Below, one piece after another: positions 10,698 to 20,417 of a stretch of 64,000 nucleotides of DNA. Source of the stretch: a bacterium. GTDB taxonomy: Bacteria; UBA8248; JACPRG01; G963555815. Every line of letters starts with the position of its first letter. Within the stretch, counting starts at the first letter, position 1. The notes beneath the pieces were generated by a model. It was not told the origin of the DNA, searched no databases, and saw only the letters and a program-made list of their open reading frames with translations. The position numbers and the translations under genes are program-made. The stretch lies in contig OZ244653.1 of the NCBI GenBank assembly GCA_965218795.1, forward strand, positions 3,552,001 through 3,616,000, in the 5' to 3' direction.

Positions 10698-12779
10698 ATG
10701 TGGGTGAAACGGACGCTCATCCTGCTGCCGATCGCCGTCGTCCTCTTTCTGCTTCAATCCTTCTTCTGGGTTCCGACCTATGAAAACCAGACGAAGGGGA
10801 GCGCGAAGCGCCTCACCCAGTATATACAGGGCTCCATCGGCGACGCCTCCATCCTGAACCCCATCCTCAACGCCGACACGGCCAGCAGCACGATCACCGG
10901 CCTCGTCTTCGAGGGGCTGATCGACCGTGATCGCGACCTCAGCTTCCGCGGCCGCTTGGCCGAACGGTGGGAGCTGTTCGAGGAAGCCTACCTGCTTGCC
11001 GTGCCTTCCCTCTCCCTTTCCGGGGGCGAGGCCGCTACCGCCGAAGCCATCGTGCGGCGGGTCGAGGCCGCTCGGTCGAACCCCGAGGTGAAGTGGGCCA
11101 GGAACATCCGGAAGGTGGAGATCGTCCCGCCCGGCTCGGAGACGCGGACGGTCCGCGCGCCTCCCGCAAAACGGGGCGATCAACCGGGCCGCGCCCAGCT
11201 CAAAATCTCCCGTCCCGCCCGTGTGAAGTTCACCCTCGAGAAGGTCGACCAGGAATTCTTCGGCAAGTTGCAAAGCCTTATCGGGAAGGAATATCTCAAG
11301 AACGTGAATCCTGAAAGTTTCGTTGAAGGCCCGGAGAAGGCGGTCGAATTTTACGCCCGGCGGCTCCTTCCGTCCGCCGAGCACAACCCGGTCATCATTT
11401 TTCATCTGCGGAAAGGAGTGCGCTTTCACGACGGTCATGAGTTCGACGCGGAGGACGTCAAGTTCACCTTCGAGTCGATCGTGAATCCGCGAAATTTTTC
11501 ACCCCGTATCCCGGACTACGAGCCGGTCAAAGCCGTGGAGGTTCTGGACGGGCGGACGGTCCGAATCGTCTACAAGCGGCTTTACTCGCCGGCTTTCGGA
11601 ACGTGGGCGATGGGGGTGCTGCCCGAGCACCTCCTGAACCGGAAGGCGCTCGAGAAAGAGGCGCGGGGGCGCGGGAAGGATCCCGCCAAGTTCACGATGC
11701 GGGACAGCCGGTTCAACCGGAATCCCGTGGGCGTGGGTCCGTTCAAGTTCTCGGAATGGAAGTCCGACGAGTTCATTCGTCTTGCCCGCAATCCGGATTA
11801 TTGGGAAGGCGCGCCCAGCTACCACGAATACATCTTTCGCATCCTGCCCGATCCCCTGGGCCAGGAGATGAGCTTTTACGCAGGGACGGTCGACAGCTAC
11901 GGCGTTTTGCCGCACCAAGTGGCCCGTCTCGGGAAGGACCCGGGGTATCAGCATTTTTCGGGCCTGTCCTTCGGGTACACCTACATCGGCTACAATCATC
12001 GCCGGCCGCTTTTCAAAGACCGCCGTGTCCGCCGAGCGCTCGGCATGGCCATCAACGTGGACGAGATCAAGAAGTATCTCTACTATGATCAGGCCGAGCC
12101 CATTACCGGGCCCTTTCCCAAGCAGACCGATTATTACAACCGGAAAATCAAGCCCATCGCCTACGACCCGGAGGGGGCGCTTCGCCTGCTGGAAGAGGTG
12201 GGCTGGAAAAAGGTGAACGGCCGGCTGATGAAAGACGGCAAGCCCTTCAGATTCACCCTCATCACCAATCACGGCAACGAAATCCGCAAGGCCATCATGA
12301 TCATCGCGCAGAATGCATGGAAGAAGCTGGGCATCGAGGTGAAGGCCAGCACGGTGGAATGGGCCGTCTTTCTGAAAAAACATGTCAACGTGGGGAACTT
12401 CGATACGCTGATCCTCGGGTGGTCTATGGGAATCGACCCGGACCTGTACCAGATCTGGCATTCCAGCCAGTCGGGCCGCTCCCAACTCAACTTTGTCGGG
12501 TACCGGAACCCCGAGGCGGACGACCTGATCATCAAAATCCGGCGGGAGTACGACCGTCAAAAGCAGATCGAATACACTCACCGGCTTCACCGGATCATAT
12601 ACGAGGACCAGCCATACACCTTCCTCTATGTCGGGAAGTGGACCGCCTTGCTGGATCGCAAAATCGTGATTCGGCGGGACGGAAAGGTCAAGAAGATTAC
12701 GTCTACAAAGACGGGCAATTACATGTTCGATTTCAACGGATGGGTGAAGCTCCCGCAGGCTCCCCAATTTCAGATGTAG
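10698..12779 (+). CDS. Peptide ABC transporter substrate-binding protein (family 5) with internal insertion
   Basis: LRKGVRFHDG.EF.AEDVKFT, PVG.GPF, RVRRAL.MAIN; N-terminal anchor. Confidence 0.9.
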   Translation: MWVKRTLILLPIAVVLFLLQSFFWVPTYENQTKGSAKRLTQYIQGSIGDASILNPILNADTASSTITGLVFEGLIDRDRDLSFRGRLAERWELFEEAYLLAVPSLSLSGGEAATAEAIVRRVEAARSNPEVKWARNIRKVEIVPPGSETRTVRAPPAKRGDQPGRAQLKISRPARVKFTLEKVDQEFFGKLQSLIGKEYLKNVNPESFVEGPEKAVEFYARRLLPSAEHNPVIIFHLRKGVRFHDGHEFDAEDVKFTFESIVNPRNFSPRIPDYEPVKAVEVLDGRTVRIVYKRLYSPAFGTWAMGVLPEHLLNRKALEKEARGRGKDPAKFTMRDSRFNRNPVGVGPFKFSEWKSDEFIRLARNPDYWEGAPSYHEYIFRILPDPLGQEMSFYAGTVDSYGVLPHQVARLGKDPGYQHFSGLSFGYTYIGYNHRRPLFKDRRVRRALGMAINVDEIKKYLYYDQAEPITGPFPKQTDYYNRKIKPIAYDPEGALRLLEEVGWKKVNGRLMKDGKPFRFTLITNHGNEIRKAIMIIAQNAWKKLGIEVKASTVEWAVFLKKHVNVGNFDTLILGWSMGIDPDLYQIWHSSQSGRSQLNFVGYRNPEADDLIIKIRREYDRQKQIEYTHRLHRIIYEDQPYTFLYVGKWTALLDRKIVIRRDGKVKKITSTKTGNYMFDFNGWVKLPQAPQFQM

Positions 12780-12800
12780 GAGTGCCGGGAAGGCCATCGC

Positions 12801-13760
12801 GTGTTCTCGTTTTTCATTCGCAGCGGCATCAACAAAATCGTCACCCTGTTTTTCGTCTCGGTCATCTCCTTCGCCATCATCCATCTTGCCCCGGGGGAGC
12901 CCAGCCAGATCGATCCGCTCAACCCGCGCTTCACCAAGGAGGACCTGCAGCGCTACCGGGCCGCCTTCGATCTGGACAGGCCGCTCCATGTCCAGTACGG
13001 GCTGTTCTACAAGAAATTCTTCACGGGCGAGTTGACCTCGTTCAAGGACAACCAGCCCATCCTCGGTAAGATATGGGTCCGGTTTCTCAACAGCCTTCCA
13101 CTGTTCATCGTAGGGACGATCCTGACTTGGTGTTTGGCGTTCCCCGTCGGGGTCGGCTCGGCCCTGGCCCGTGGCAGCGCCTATGATCGTGTGACCACCT
13201 TTTTCTCGTTCGCCCTGATCTCCATCCCCGGCTTTTTTCTGGCCTACATGCTGATCATCTTCGTCGTCCAGACGCTGGAGGTTCCCGTGCTGGGACTCCG
13301 GACGTTTGGGCGCGAGGGGATCGGGTTCCTGTTCTCCTCCATGGACCGGGTTTGGCACCTGGTGCTGCCGTCCCTGCTGGGTGCCACGGCGGGGATTGCC
13401 GTCCTGGCCCGCTACGTGCGGGCTCAGATGATCGAGGTCATGAGCCAGGATTACGTCCGCACCGCCCATGCCAAGGGCCTGTCGGGGGAGAAGGTCTATT
13501 ACGTGCACGCGCTGCGCAACGCGATGCTCCCGTTCGTGACGATGTTCGGCCTGATCCTCCCCAGCTTGATTGGCGGCTCGGTCATCATCGAGACCATCTT
13601 TGCCTGGCCGGGCATGGGGCGCATGGGTTACGAGGCGATCCTCGCGCGAGACTACCCGATCGTCATCAGTCTGAACTTCATCGCTGCAATCCTGACGCTC
13701 ATCGGCACGTTCATTTCGGATCTGCTCTACATGGTGGTGGATCCCCGCATCAAGCTGTAA
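12801..13760 (+). CDS. Peptide ABC transporter permease (OppB/DppB-like)
   Basis: DYVRTAHAKGL, HALRNA, IETIFAWPGMG, DPRI. Confidence 0.93.
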   Translation: MFSFFIRSGINKIVTLFFVSVISFAIIHLAPGEPSQIDPLNPRFTKEDLQRYRAAFDLDRPLHVQYGLFYKKFFTGELTSFKDNQPILGKIWVRFLNSLPLFIVGTILTWCLAFPVGVGSALARGSAYDRVTTFFSFALISIPGFFLAYMLIIFVVQTLEVPVLGLRTFGREGIGFLFSSMDRVWHLVLPSLLGATAGIAVLARYVRAQMIEVMSQDYVRTAHAKGLSGEKVYYVHALRNAMLPFVTMFGLILPSLIGGSVIIETIFAWPGMGRMGYEAILARDYPIVISLNFIAAILTLIGTFISDLLYMVVDPRIKL

Positions 13761-13781
13761 CGGCGCAAGGGTGAAAACGGC

Positions 13782-14747
13782 ATGACAACGACCTCGGCGA
13801 GAACGGTCAAGGAGACAATCGCCCTGGAGATCGACAAGCCATCGACCCGGATCTGGCGAAGCCTGAAGAGTAACCGGCTGGCGATGGGAGGTTCGATCGT
13901 GCTGGTCCTCTTCTTCGTGACGGCCGGGGTGGGATGGATGGGCACCGCCGGGGGATCGCCTTTGCTCGATTCCTCCGTCGTCCGGCTGCCGGACAAGCTC
14001 CTCCCGCCGTTCTCAAAGCCCAATGCGGATGCCGTTCCGAAGAAGGACCTGCCGGTCCTCGGCGTATATGTGTTGGGAACGGACGAGCTGGGGCGCGACG
14101 TCTTCGCCCGGATGATGGAGGGCGCGCGGGTTTCGTTGGCGGTCGGGTTCGTGTCGGTCGGCATTGCCATCGTCCTGGGTGTTTCACTCGGCGGCATGGC
14201 GGGATTTCTTGGCCACCAGTGGCGGTGGGTGGACATGGTCTTTCTCGGCATGGTGGATATCATGTTGAGCTTCCCGACCTTCTTTCTGATCCTGACGGTC
14301 ATTGCGGTTCTTCCGCCCAGTATCTGGAACATTATGATCGTGATCGGTATCACCGGCTGGGTGGGGCCGGCGCGTTTCGTGCGGGCGGAGATCCTCTCGC
14401 TCCGGGAGCAGGAGTTCATCCTGGCCGCTCGCTCGCTGGGGGCCGGGGCTTGGCGGTTGGTGTTTCAGCATCTCATTCCCAATTCGATGGGACCGGTGAT
14501 GGTTTCAGGAGTCCTCGGGATTGCGACGGCAATCTTGACCGAGGCGGGGCTGTCGTTTCTGGGTTTTGGGGTGCCCCCTCCGGACGCCACGTGGGGGAAC
14601 ATCCTCTCCGATGGAAGGAAGTACATCTTCGATGCGCCTTGGCTGACGTTCGCGCCGGGCATCACCATCCTGGTTGTGGTGTTGGCCTTCAACCTGTTCG
14701 GCGAGGGGTTGCGCGACGCCCTGAATCCAAAGCTGCGGGACGGATAG
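13782..14747 (+). CDS. Peptide ABC transporter permease (OppC/DppC-like)
   Basis: LGTDELGRD, EFILAARSLGA, FNLFGEGLRDALNP. Confidence 0.93.
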   Translation: MTTTSARTVKETIALEIDKPSTRIWRSLKSNRLAMGGSIVLVLFFVTAGVGWMGTAGGSPLLDSSVVRLPDKLLPPFSKPNADAVPKKDLPVLGVYVLGTDELGRDVFARMMEGARVSLAVGFVSVGIAIVLGVSLGGMAGFLGHQWRWVDMVFLGMVDIMLSFPTFFLILTVIAVLPPSIWNIMIVIGITGWVGPARFVRAEILSLREQEFILAARSLGAGAWRLVFQHLIPNSMGPVMVSGVLGIATAILTEAGLSFLGFGVPPPDATWGNILSDGRKYIFDAPWLTFAPGITILVVVLAFNLFGEGLRDALNPKLRDG

Positions 14748-14826
14748 GGGCGGGAAATCGCATTGTTTGACAGCCTTTGGAGCGGTATGTAAATTTTCCC
14801 GTGGATGAACGATGATCCCTCCCGGT

Positions 14827-14913
14827 GCCGAAGTGGTGGAACTGGTAGACACGCTATCTTGAGGGGGTAGTGGGGTTCTCCCCGTGGGGGTTCGAGTCCC
14901 CCCTTCGGCACCA
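14827..14913 (+). tRNA. tRNA-Leu(GAG)
   Basis: GCCGAAG/CTTCGGC acceptor stem, CTATC-TTGAGGG-GGTAG anticodon arm, long variable arm, GTTCGAGTC T-loop, encoded CCA. Confidence 0.97.
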
Positions 14914-15102
14914 TATGTTTTGATTCTTCAGGGGCGGCAACCTGCCGCAGCGATTTCCCGGTTTCCGGGACCCGTTCACATGAGGTTTGACCCGCCGCCG
15001 CGCCCTGTCTTCCGCTTCTCGTGATCCATCCGCAAAGATCGAGGCGAACAGCGTCCACCCAAGGCGCGCCGGGCTTGGTCGCGCAGGGCGCAATGAGATT
15101 TC

Positions 15103-15447
15103 CTACCGGAGGAATTCGTTGACGGCGGCGGCGAAGAAGTTGAATTTGGCGCCCGGCAGGCGCCGGTTGCAATAGAGGGTGAGCTTTTCGTAATCCTCCC
15201 GCCTCAGGTCGATCCTCTCGGAGATGAACTCCCGCCCGAAGAACGCGCCGATACGCCCGTGGAGAGTCACGGTCATCGGCCCGACGTGATGCGTGCCCGT
15301 GGGGGCGTAATAATCGTGGGTCTTCCGCTCCATCTCGCCGCCCACTTTCTTGAGGGCGGCGTTCATGGCGGCAATCACCGCGTCGCCCCGGCTGGGTTTG
15401 TGGAGGATGATTTCATGCGCTTCCTGATGATCCGTTCCGGTTGCCAT
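15103..15447 (-). CDS. Hypothetical protein, 114 aa
   Basis: GC-biased third positions, AGAGGAAG-type RBS, no recognised motif. Confidence 0.6.
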   Translation of the reverse strand: MATGTDHQEAHEIILHKPSRGDAVIAAMNAALKKVGGEMERKTHDYYAPTGTHHVGPMTVTLHGRIGAFFGREFISERIDLRREDYEKLTLYCNRRLPGAKFNFFAAAVNEFLR

Positions 15448-15719
15448 TCTTGGTCTCTTCCTCTGGATGGCTCCTGTGATTCGAATGGATGGTCTCCCGC
15501 CTCTACCGGCCGCCCGAAAAAATTTTCGCGTTCCAGCCGGATGAATCCGCCGGATGGGGCAACCCTCCCCGGGTCGGTTACAATGAAATTATAATTCAAT
15601 GACGAAGCAGGCACATCACCTGTTCACTTTGGCCGGGGCGGGTACAGGACGGCCATCTGACTTGAACGGTGCGGCCGGGCTCCAGGGTCTGGGTTGATTG
15701 CACCCCAGGGGGGACTTCC

Positions 15720-17099
15720 ATGGCGACGGAATTCGACGCGATTATCATCGGGACCGGTCAGGCGGGTCCGTCCCTTGCCGGGCGGTTGAACGCCGAAGGG
15801 CTGAAGACCGCCGTTATCGAGCGCAAGCTGATCGGCGGGACCTGCGTCAACGTCGGCTGTATCCCGACCAAGACCCTGGTGGCGAGCGCGCGGGCCGCCC
15901 ACGTGGCCCGGCGCGGCCCCGACTTCGGCGTCATGATCGACGGCCCCGTCCGGGTGGACATGAAGAAGGTCAAGGCCCGGATGAAGGGGATATCGGGCGA
16001 GTCGAACCAGAGCCTCGCCGGGTGGCTGGAGGGGATGGAGAACGTCATCCTCTATCGGGGACATGGGCGGTTCGAAGGGCCGAACACCGTCAGCGTGGAC
16101 GGAGAGATCCTCGAGGCGGAGCGGATTTTCATCAACGTGGGCGGGCGGGCCTACGCGCCGGCCTGGCCCGGCCTGGATGAGGTGCCCTACCTGGACAATG
16201 CCAGCGTGATGGAAGTGGACTTCCTCCCGGAGCACCTGATCGTTGTCGGCGGAGGGTACATCGGCCTGGAGTTCGCTCAAATGTACCGGCGGTTCGGAAG
16301 CGAGGTGACCGTCATCCAGCGCGGTCCGCGTCTCATCCCGCGCGATGACGAGGACGTTTCGGACACCATCCGGGAGATCCTCGAGAAAGAGGGGATTCAG
16401 GTCCGGCTGGATGCCGATTGCTTCACGGCCCGGAAGGAAGGCGACCGGATCATCGTCGGCGTGGATTGCGAGGAGGGATCGCCCGAGGTCAGCGGGTCGC
16501 ATCTCCTTCTCGCGGTCGGCCGCACGCCCAACACCCACGACCTCGGACTGGACCAGGCCGGGGTGCGGACGGACGATCGGGGGTTCGTCGAAGTGGACGA
16601 CGCGCTGCAGACGAGCGTCTCCGGCGTCTGGGCCTTGGGCGACTGCAACGGCCGGGGGGCCTTTACGCACACCTCCTACAACGATTACGAGATTGTCGCG
16701 GCCAACCTCTTCGACGATGATACGCGCCGCGTGAGCGACCGGATCCTCTGCTACGGGCTGTTCATCGACCCGCCTCTGGGGAGAGTGGGCATGACCGAGC
16801 GCGAGGCCCGGGAGTCGGGGCGGAACGTGATGGTCGGCTACCGGGAGATGGCCTCCATCGGCCGCGCCCGCGAGCGGAGCGAGACCGACGGGTTCATGAA
16901 GGTTCTTGTGGACGGCGACACGCAGGAGATCATCGGGGCCGCCATCCTCGGCGTCAACGGCGACGAGGCCGTTCATACCCTGCTGCCCGCCATGTACGCG
17001 AAGGCCCCCTATACGGTCATCTCCCGGGCGGTCCACATCCACCCGACCATCGCGGAGCTCCTGCCGACGGTCCTCCAGGGTCTGAGGCCGCTGGAATAG
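15720..17099 (+). CDS. Pyridine nucleotide-disulfide oxidoreductase (RclA/MerA-like, no NmerA domain)
   Basis: IIGTGQAG, GGTCVNVGCIPTK redox disulfide, GGGYIGLE, HPTIAE; no C-terminal Cys pair. Confidence 0.92.
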   Translation: MATEFDAIIIGTGQAGPSLAGRLNAEGLKTAVIERKLIGGTCVNVGCIPTKTLVASARAAHVARRGPDFGVMIDGPVRVDMKKVKARMKGISGESNQSLAGWLEGMENVILYRGHGRFEGPNTVSVDGEILEAERIFINVGGRAYAPAWPGLDEVPYLDNASVMEVDFLPEHLIVVGGGYIGLEFAQMYRRFGSEVTVIQRGPRLIPRDDEDVSDTIREILEKEGIQVRLDADCFTARKEGDRIIVGVDCEEGSPEVSGSHLLLAVGRTPNTHDLGLDQAGVRTDDRGFVEVDDALQTSVSGVWALGDCNGRGAFTHTSYNDYEIVAANLFDDDTRRVSDRILCYGLFIDPPLGRVGMTEREARESGRNVMVGYREMASIGRARERSETDGFMKVLVDGDTQEIIGAAILGVNGDEAVHTLLPAMYAKAPYTVISRAVHIHPTIAELLPTVLQGLRPLE

Positions 17100-17297
17100 C
17101 CTGCCGCCTCAGCCCGGCCGGGACTCCCGCCGCCAAGCCGTGGGAGTCCGCCTGCCCGCCGCATCCCTGGGGGAGCCGACCCCTTCGGAGTGTCGTATCC
17201 TTTCCGGAAAATTCAATCCTTATTGGTCCCGGCTGAAGGAGAGCGCGCGATGAGTGAAAAGGGAAAATAAATCCATTCCCTTTTCTGTTGTCTGATG

Positions 17298-17323
17298 TGG
17301 ATTCCCGCCTGCGCGGGAATGAC
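17298..17323. repeat. REP-like palindrome (GTCA...TCCA type)
   Basis: TGGATTCCCGCCTGCGCGGGAATGAC; relatives at 35703-35755, 35874-35900, 38990-39057. Confidence 0.75.
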
Positions 17324-17399
17324 GGGTTGGGGGGCCGCAGGAGTTCTTGTGGCGGGTGTGGGACGCCGCCCCTGCATCCTGGATCCCGCTCCCCGGCTA

Positions 17400-18216
17400 G
17401 AGCCTGTTAACCCTAGCGCAGTGCATCGACGATGAGCGCGAACAGGATGAAGCCGAGGTACAGGGCGTCGAGTTTCTCGAAGCGGGAGAAGATCCGGCGA
17501 AAGCCCTTCAATCGACGGAACAGACGCTCGATCTCGTTGCGCCTCTTCTACGTCTCCCGGTCGTACGCCCAAGGGGCGATCCGGGTCCTAAGAGGCGGAA
17601 CCACGGGCGCGTACCCCAGCGCCAAGGCCAGTGGGCGTGTCTCGCTGCCCTCGTATGCGCGATCCATCACCAAGGACGGGTTGCCGTGCCGCCGACCCAG
17701 GCGGTGCAGCAGCTTGCGCCCTTCCGGCGCATCGTGGGCCTGTCAGGGCGACAGCGCGAAGGTCAGGGCCGTTCGAGCATCCGCGGCAACCAGATGAATC
17801 CTGGTGGTCCACCCGCCCCGGGACTGGCCGATGGACTGGGGGCCGTTTTTTGTAGCGCACCCGTTCCGTCGGGATGGACCTTGACGATGGCGCTGTCCAG
17901 CGACACCGCCTCAAGCTGGATGCGCACGATCCGTTCCCGCTGCAACTGCTCGAAGACCCGGTCGAGCACCCCGTTCCTGGACCAGCGGTTCATCCGGGTG
18001 TAGATGGTGTGCCAGTTGCCGAACCGGGTCGGCAGCCCCCGCCACTTGCAGCCATGCTCGGCGACGTATACAGGATGGCGTTGAGCACTTGCAGGTTCGA
18101 CAGGCTGACGTTGCCGCGTTGCACCGGCAGGGAGGGTGCAATGCGTTCGTACTGAGCTTGGGTGATCTCCATCCGCAAAGGATAGCATAACCCCACCCAT
18201 TAGTGCTAACAGGCTC
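17400..18216 (-). mobile_element. IS5-family (IS427-group-like) IS with fragmented transposase
   Basis: TIRs GAGCCTGTTAAC / GAGCCTGTTAGC, each flanked by TA; GCKWRGLP..FGNWHTIYTRMNRW and LDS..VKVHPDG spread over several frames. Confidence 0.88.
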
Positions 18217-18308
18217 TAGACCCCTGTCCATTGTGTCCATCGAGAACTGTCTCTGTTCGAGCAGCTCAAGAAAGTCTTCACCCTGCCGAATCGCGGACTG
18301 GCTCAGGC

Positions 18309-19165
18309 TGTTCTGAGATGGTATTCCCCTGACAGTTGGCCACGTTGTGCAGCGTGGTCATGCCGCCCCTGGGGAGTGTGTAGGATGGAGTTATCACCCT
18401 TCACCCCCACCCTGACCAGGAGACAGGACATGACCACGAAGGACAAGGCAGCACGACGCAAGCTGTCGCTGCTGGAGCTCGCCAAGGAACTGGACAACGT
18501 AAGCCGCGCCTGCAAGGTGATGGGGTACTCACGGCAGCAGTTCTACGAGATCCGGCGCAACTTCCAGACCTGCGGCGCCGAAGGGCTGATCGACCGACTG
18601 CCCGGACCGCACCCGAACCGGGTGGCGGCACAGGTCGAGGCGGCGATCCTGGATCATGCGCTGGAGCATCCGTGCCACGGTGCACTGCGGGTCGAGCAGG
18701 AACTGAGACTCAAGGGCATCCAGGTCTCCTCGCGCGGGGTGCGCGGGGTGTGCAGCGCCACGGGCTGTTGACCAGGCACGAGCGCCTGCTACGGCTGGAG
18801 ACGGCCACGGCCGAACGCAGGCTCGAGCTCAGCGAGGAGCAGACCCGGCTCCTGGAACGGTTCTCACCGGAGTTCCGAGAACGCCCCATACCGGCTCCCT
18901 GGTGGCCGTCGATACCTTCTTCGTCGGCGCCCTCAAGGGCGTGGGCAAGGTCTATCTGCAGACCGCGATCGACTGCCATTCACGCCATGCCTGGGCGCGC
19001 TTGTACCCGAACAAGCTGCCGGTGACCGCCGTGCACCTGATGAACAACGACGTGCTGTCGACCTTCGAGGCCGCCGGCACGCGCATCGAGGTGGTATTGT
19101 CAGACAATGGCCGCGAGTTCTGCGGCCGGCCCGACAGGCATCCCTACGAGCTGTTCCTGCGTCAT
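18309..19165 (+). mobile_element. IS481-family remnant (frameshifted, 3'-truncated transposase from ATG 18430)
   Basis: Starts TGT; LLELAKEL.NVSRACKVMGYSRQQFYE HTH, VDTFFVG.LKGVGKVY, SDNGREFCG. Confidence 0.85.
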
Positions 19166-19253
19166 GATAGCTTGAGTCAAGGTCTTCCTGCCTGATCGGA
19201 TTCCTCGCAGGGGCCTGAGGCCCCTCCGTCGGAAGGCGGGCATCCATCGCAAG

Positions 19254-19305
19254 ATGAAAGTTTTTGAGGGGGGATGGGGGAGACAATTTTCAAAATGCCC
19301 CCCCC
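19254..19305. repeat. Dispersed ~50-bp intergenic repeat, copy 1
   Basis: ATGAAAGTTTTTGAGGGGGG...GACAATTTTCAAAATGCCC; near-identical copy at 63469-63519. Confidence 0.8.
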
Positions 19306-19434
19306 AAATTTCGGGAATTACATTCTTAACTTGACAAGGGGGCACGGGCGGGGCAGGTCTCCTTCAAAGGGAGACATCCGGCCGGAGTCAAAACCGGATG
19401 CTGGATTGGCTCCCCCGCACGCGAAGGATGGATT

Positions 19435-19653
19435 TCACGAAGTTGGTAAATACCCTTCTCGAGTTGCGGCATCGAGCATTTGCGGAAGGGCCTCGACAGG
19501 AAACTCACCACCACGGGCAGGCTTCCCATTTCGGTCAAACCAAGTGTATTTGACGGATTTGATGGTCTCGTCTCCCCCAGCCCATGAAGCCACCCCAAGG
19601 CGAATTTTACAGTTTTCGTCATTTCTTGCTGTCTCTTCATGCTCTGTTTCCAT
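19435..19653 (-). CDS. Small hypothetical passenger protein, 72 aa
   Basis: GAGAGGGG RBS; second gene of a two-gene operon. Confidence 0.6.
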   Translation of the reverse strand: METEHEETARNDENCKIRLGVASWAGGDETIKSVKYTWFDRNGKPARGGEFPVEALPQMLDAATREGYLPTS

Positions 19654-19666
19654 TCTCTAGCCCCTC

Positions 19667-19852
19667 TCAGTAATGCAGCTCGTTCCAGTCGAATTCGATG
19701 CAGGATCGTTTTATTGCGACCTGATTGTCGAATGGATCCGCTGTGAATTCTTCATACAGCCATTTCGCTTCCCGCTCTAGGTTGAACAGGGGAACCCCCT
19801 GCATGATGGCCCTCGCAAGAAGGCGTCGCTCCGCAAATTCTTTGAAAGTCAT
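19667..19852 (-). CDS. Small hypothetical passenger protein, 61 aa
   Basis: GGGAGG RBS; 13-nt gap to next ORF. Confidence 0.55.
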   Translation of the reverse strand: MTFKEFAERRLLARAIMQGVPLFNLEREAKWLYEEFTADPFDNQVAIKRSCIEFDWNELHY

Positions 19853-19894
19853 TTTCCAATTTCCTCCCCTGGGGCACTTGTCCCCATGAAGGTA

Positions 19895-19995
19895 TTGACA
19901 AATGTGTTGTAGGGAAGTAAATTGGAGGGTGTCTTAGGTCCTACCAATCCACTTCCGGTCAACCAATGTTCTGTGATACCCCCACTGGGGGCGGC
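19895..19995 (+). ncRNA. Candidate promoter plus short structured RNA (unit 2)
   Basis: TTGACA(19895)-17-TAAATT(19918); GGGTGTC/GATACCC stem; CCCCC-ACT-GGGGG hairpin; no plausible sense ORF. Confidence 0.4.
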
Positions 19996-20122
19996 TTATT
20001 GGTCCGTGTCGCCTTCATCCTCGGGCATCGGTCGCCGATACTTGACCTCACGTTTCGGCGTTTCCACCAGCGCCCGGTTGGCTTCCTCGGGGTTCCAGCC
20101 CTACGAGATTCAACTCACGCAT
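19996..20122 (-). CDS. Small peptide A2 (~41 aa after removing one G), paralog of 20926-21078
   Basis: MRELNLV|GWNPEEANRALVETPKREVKYRRPMPEDEGDTDQ; ATG overlaps the stop of the 100-aa ORF. Confidence 0.55.
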
Positions 20123-20417
20123 CGGGGGGGATCCAATTTTCTTGTAGCCAATTAAACATACTTCTGTCATCCTTAGAAGGACCAAATCCGGCCCAATCTT
20201 TTATTACCACCTCCGAGACAAGGAGAGTGGATCCAGGAGCCAACCCTTTAATTTGTTCTCGAATGGATTGTGCATTAATTTCTTTCTCAAACACGATCAG
20301 CCATACACCATCAATCCAGTGCCACCAAAAGGCTTCCTGCTCTTCTATCCATTTACGGATAGACTCGTTAATCTCTTTCGTCTGAGAATCGATGCCGACG
20401 AAGAAATGACGCCTCAT
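20115..20417 (-). CDS. Small Trp-rich alpha/beta passenger protein, 100 aa
   Basis: ATGA overlap with upstream gene; FWWHWIDGVWLI and WAGFGP motifs; AT-rich. Confidence 0.7.
   Translation of the reverse strand: MRRHFFVGIDSQTKEINESIRKWIEEQEAFWWHWIDGVWLIVFEKEINAQSIREQIKGLAPGSTLLVSEVVIKDWAGFGPSKDDRSMFNWLQENWIPPDA

Noticed and set aside
15720-17099. merA mercury resistance
   Set aside because: No C-terminal Cys pair, no NmerA domain, no mer genes nearby.
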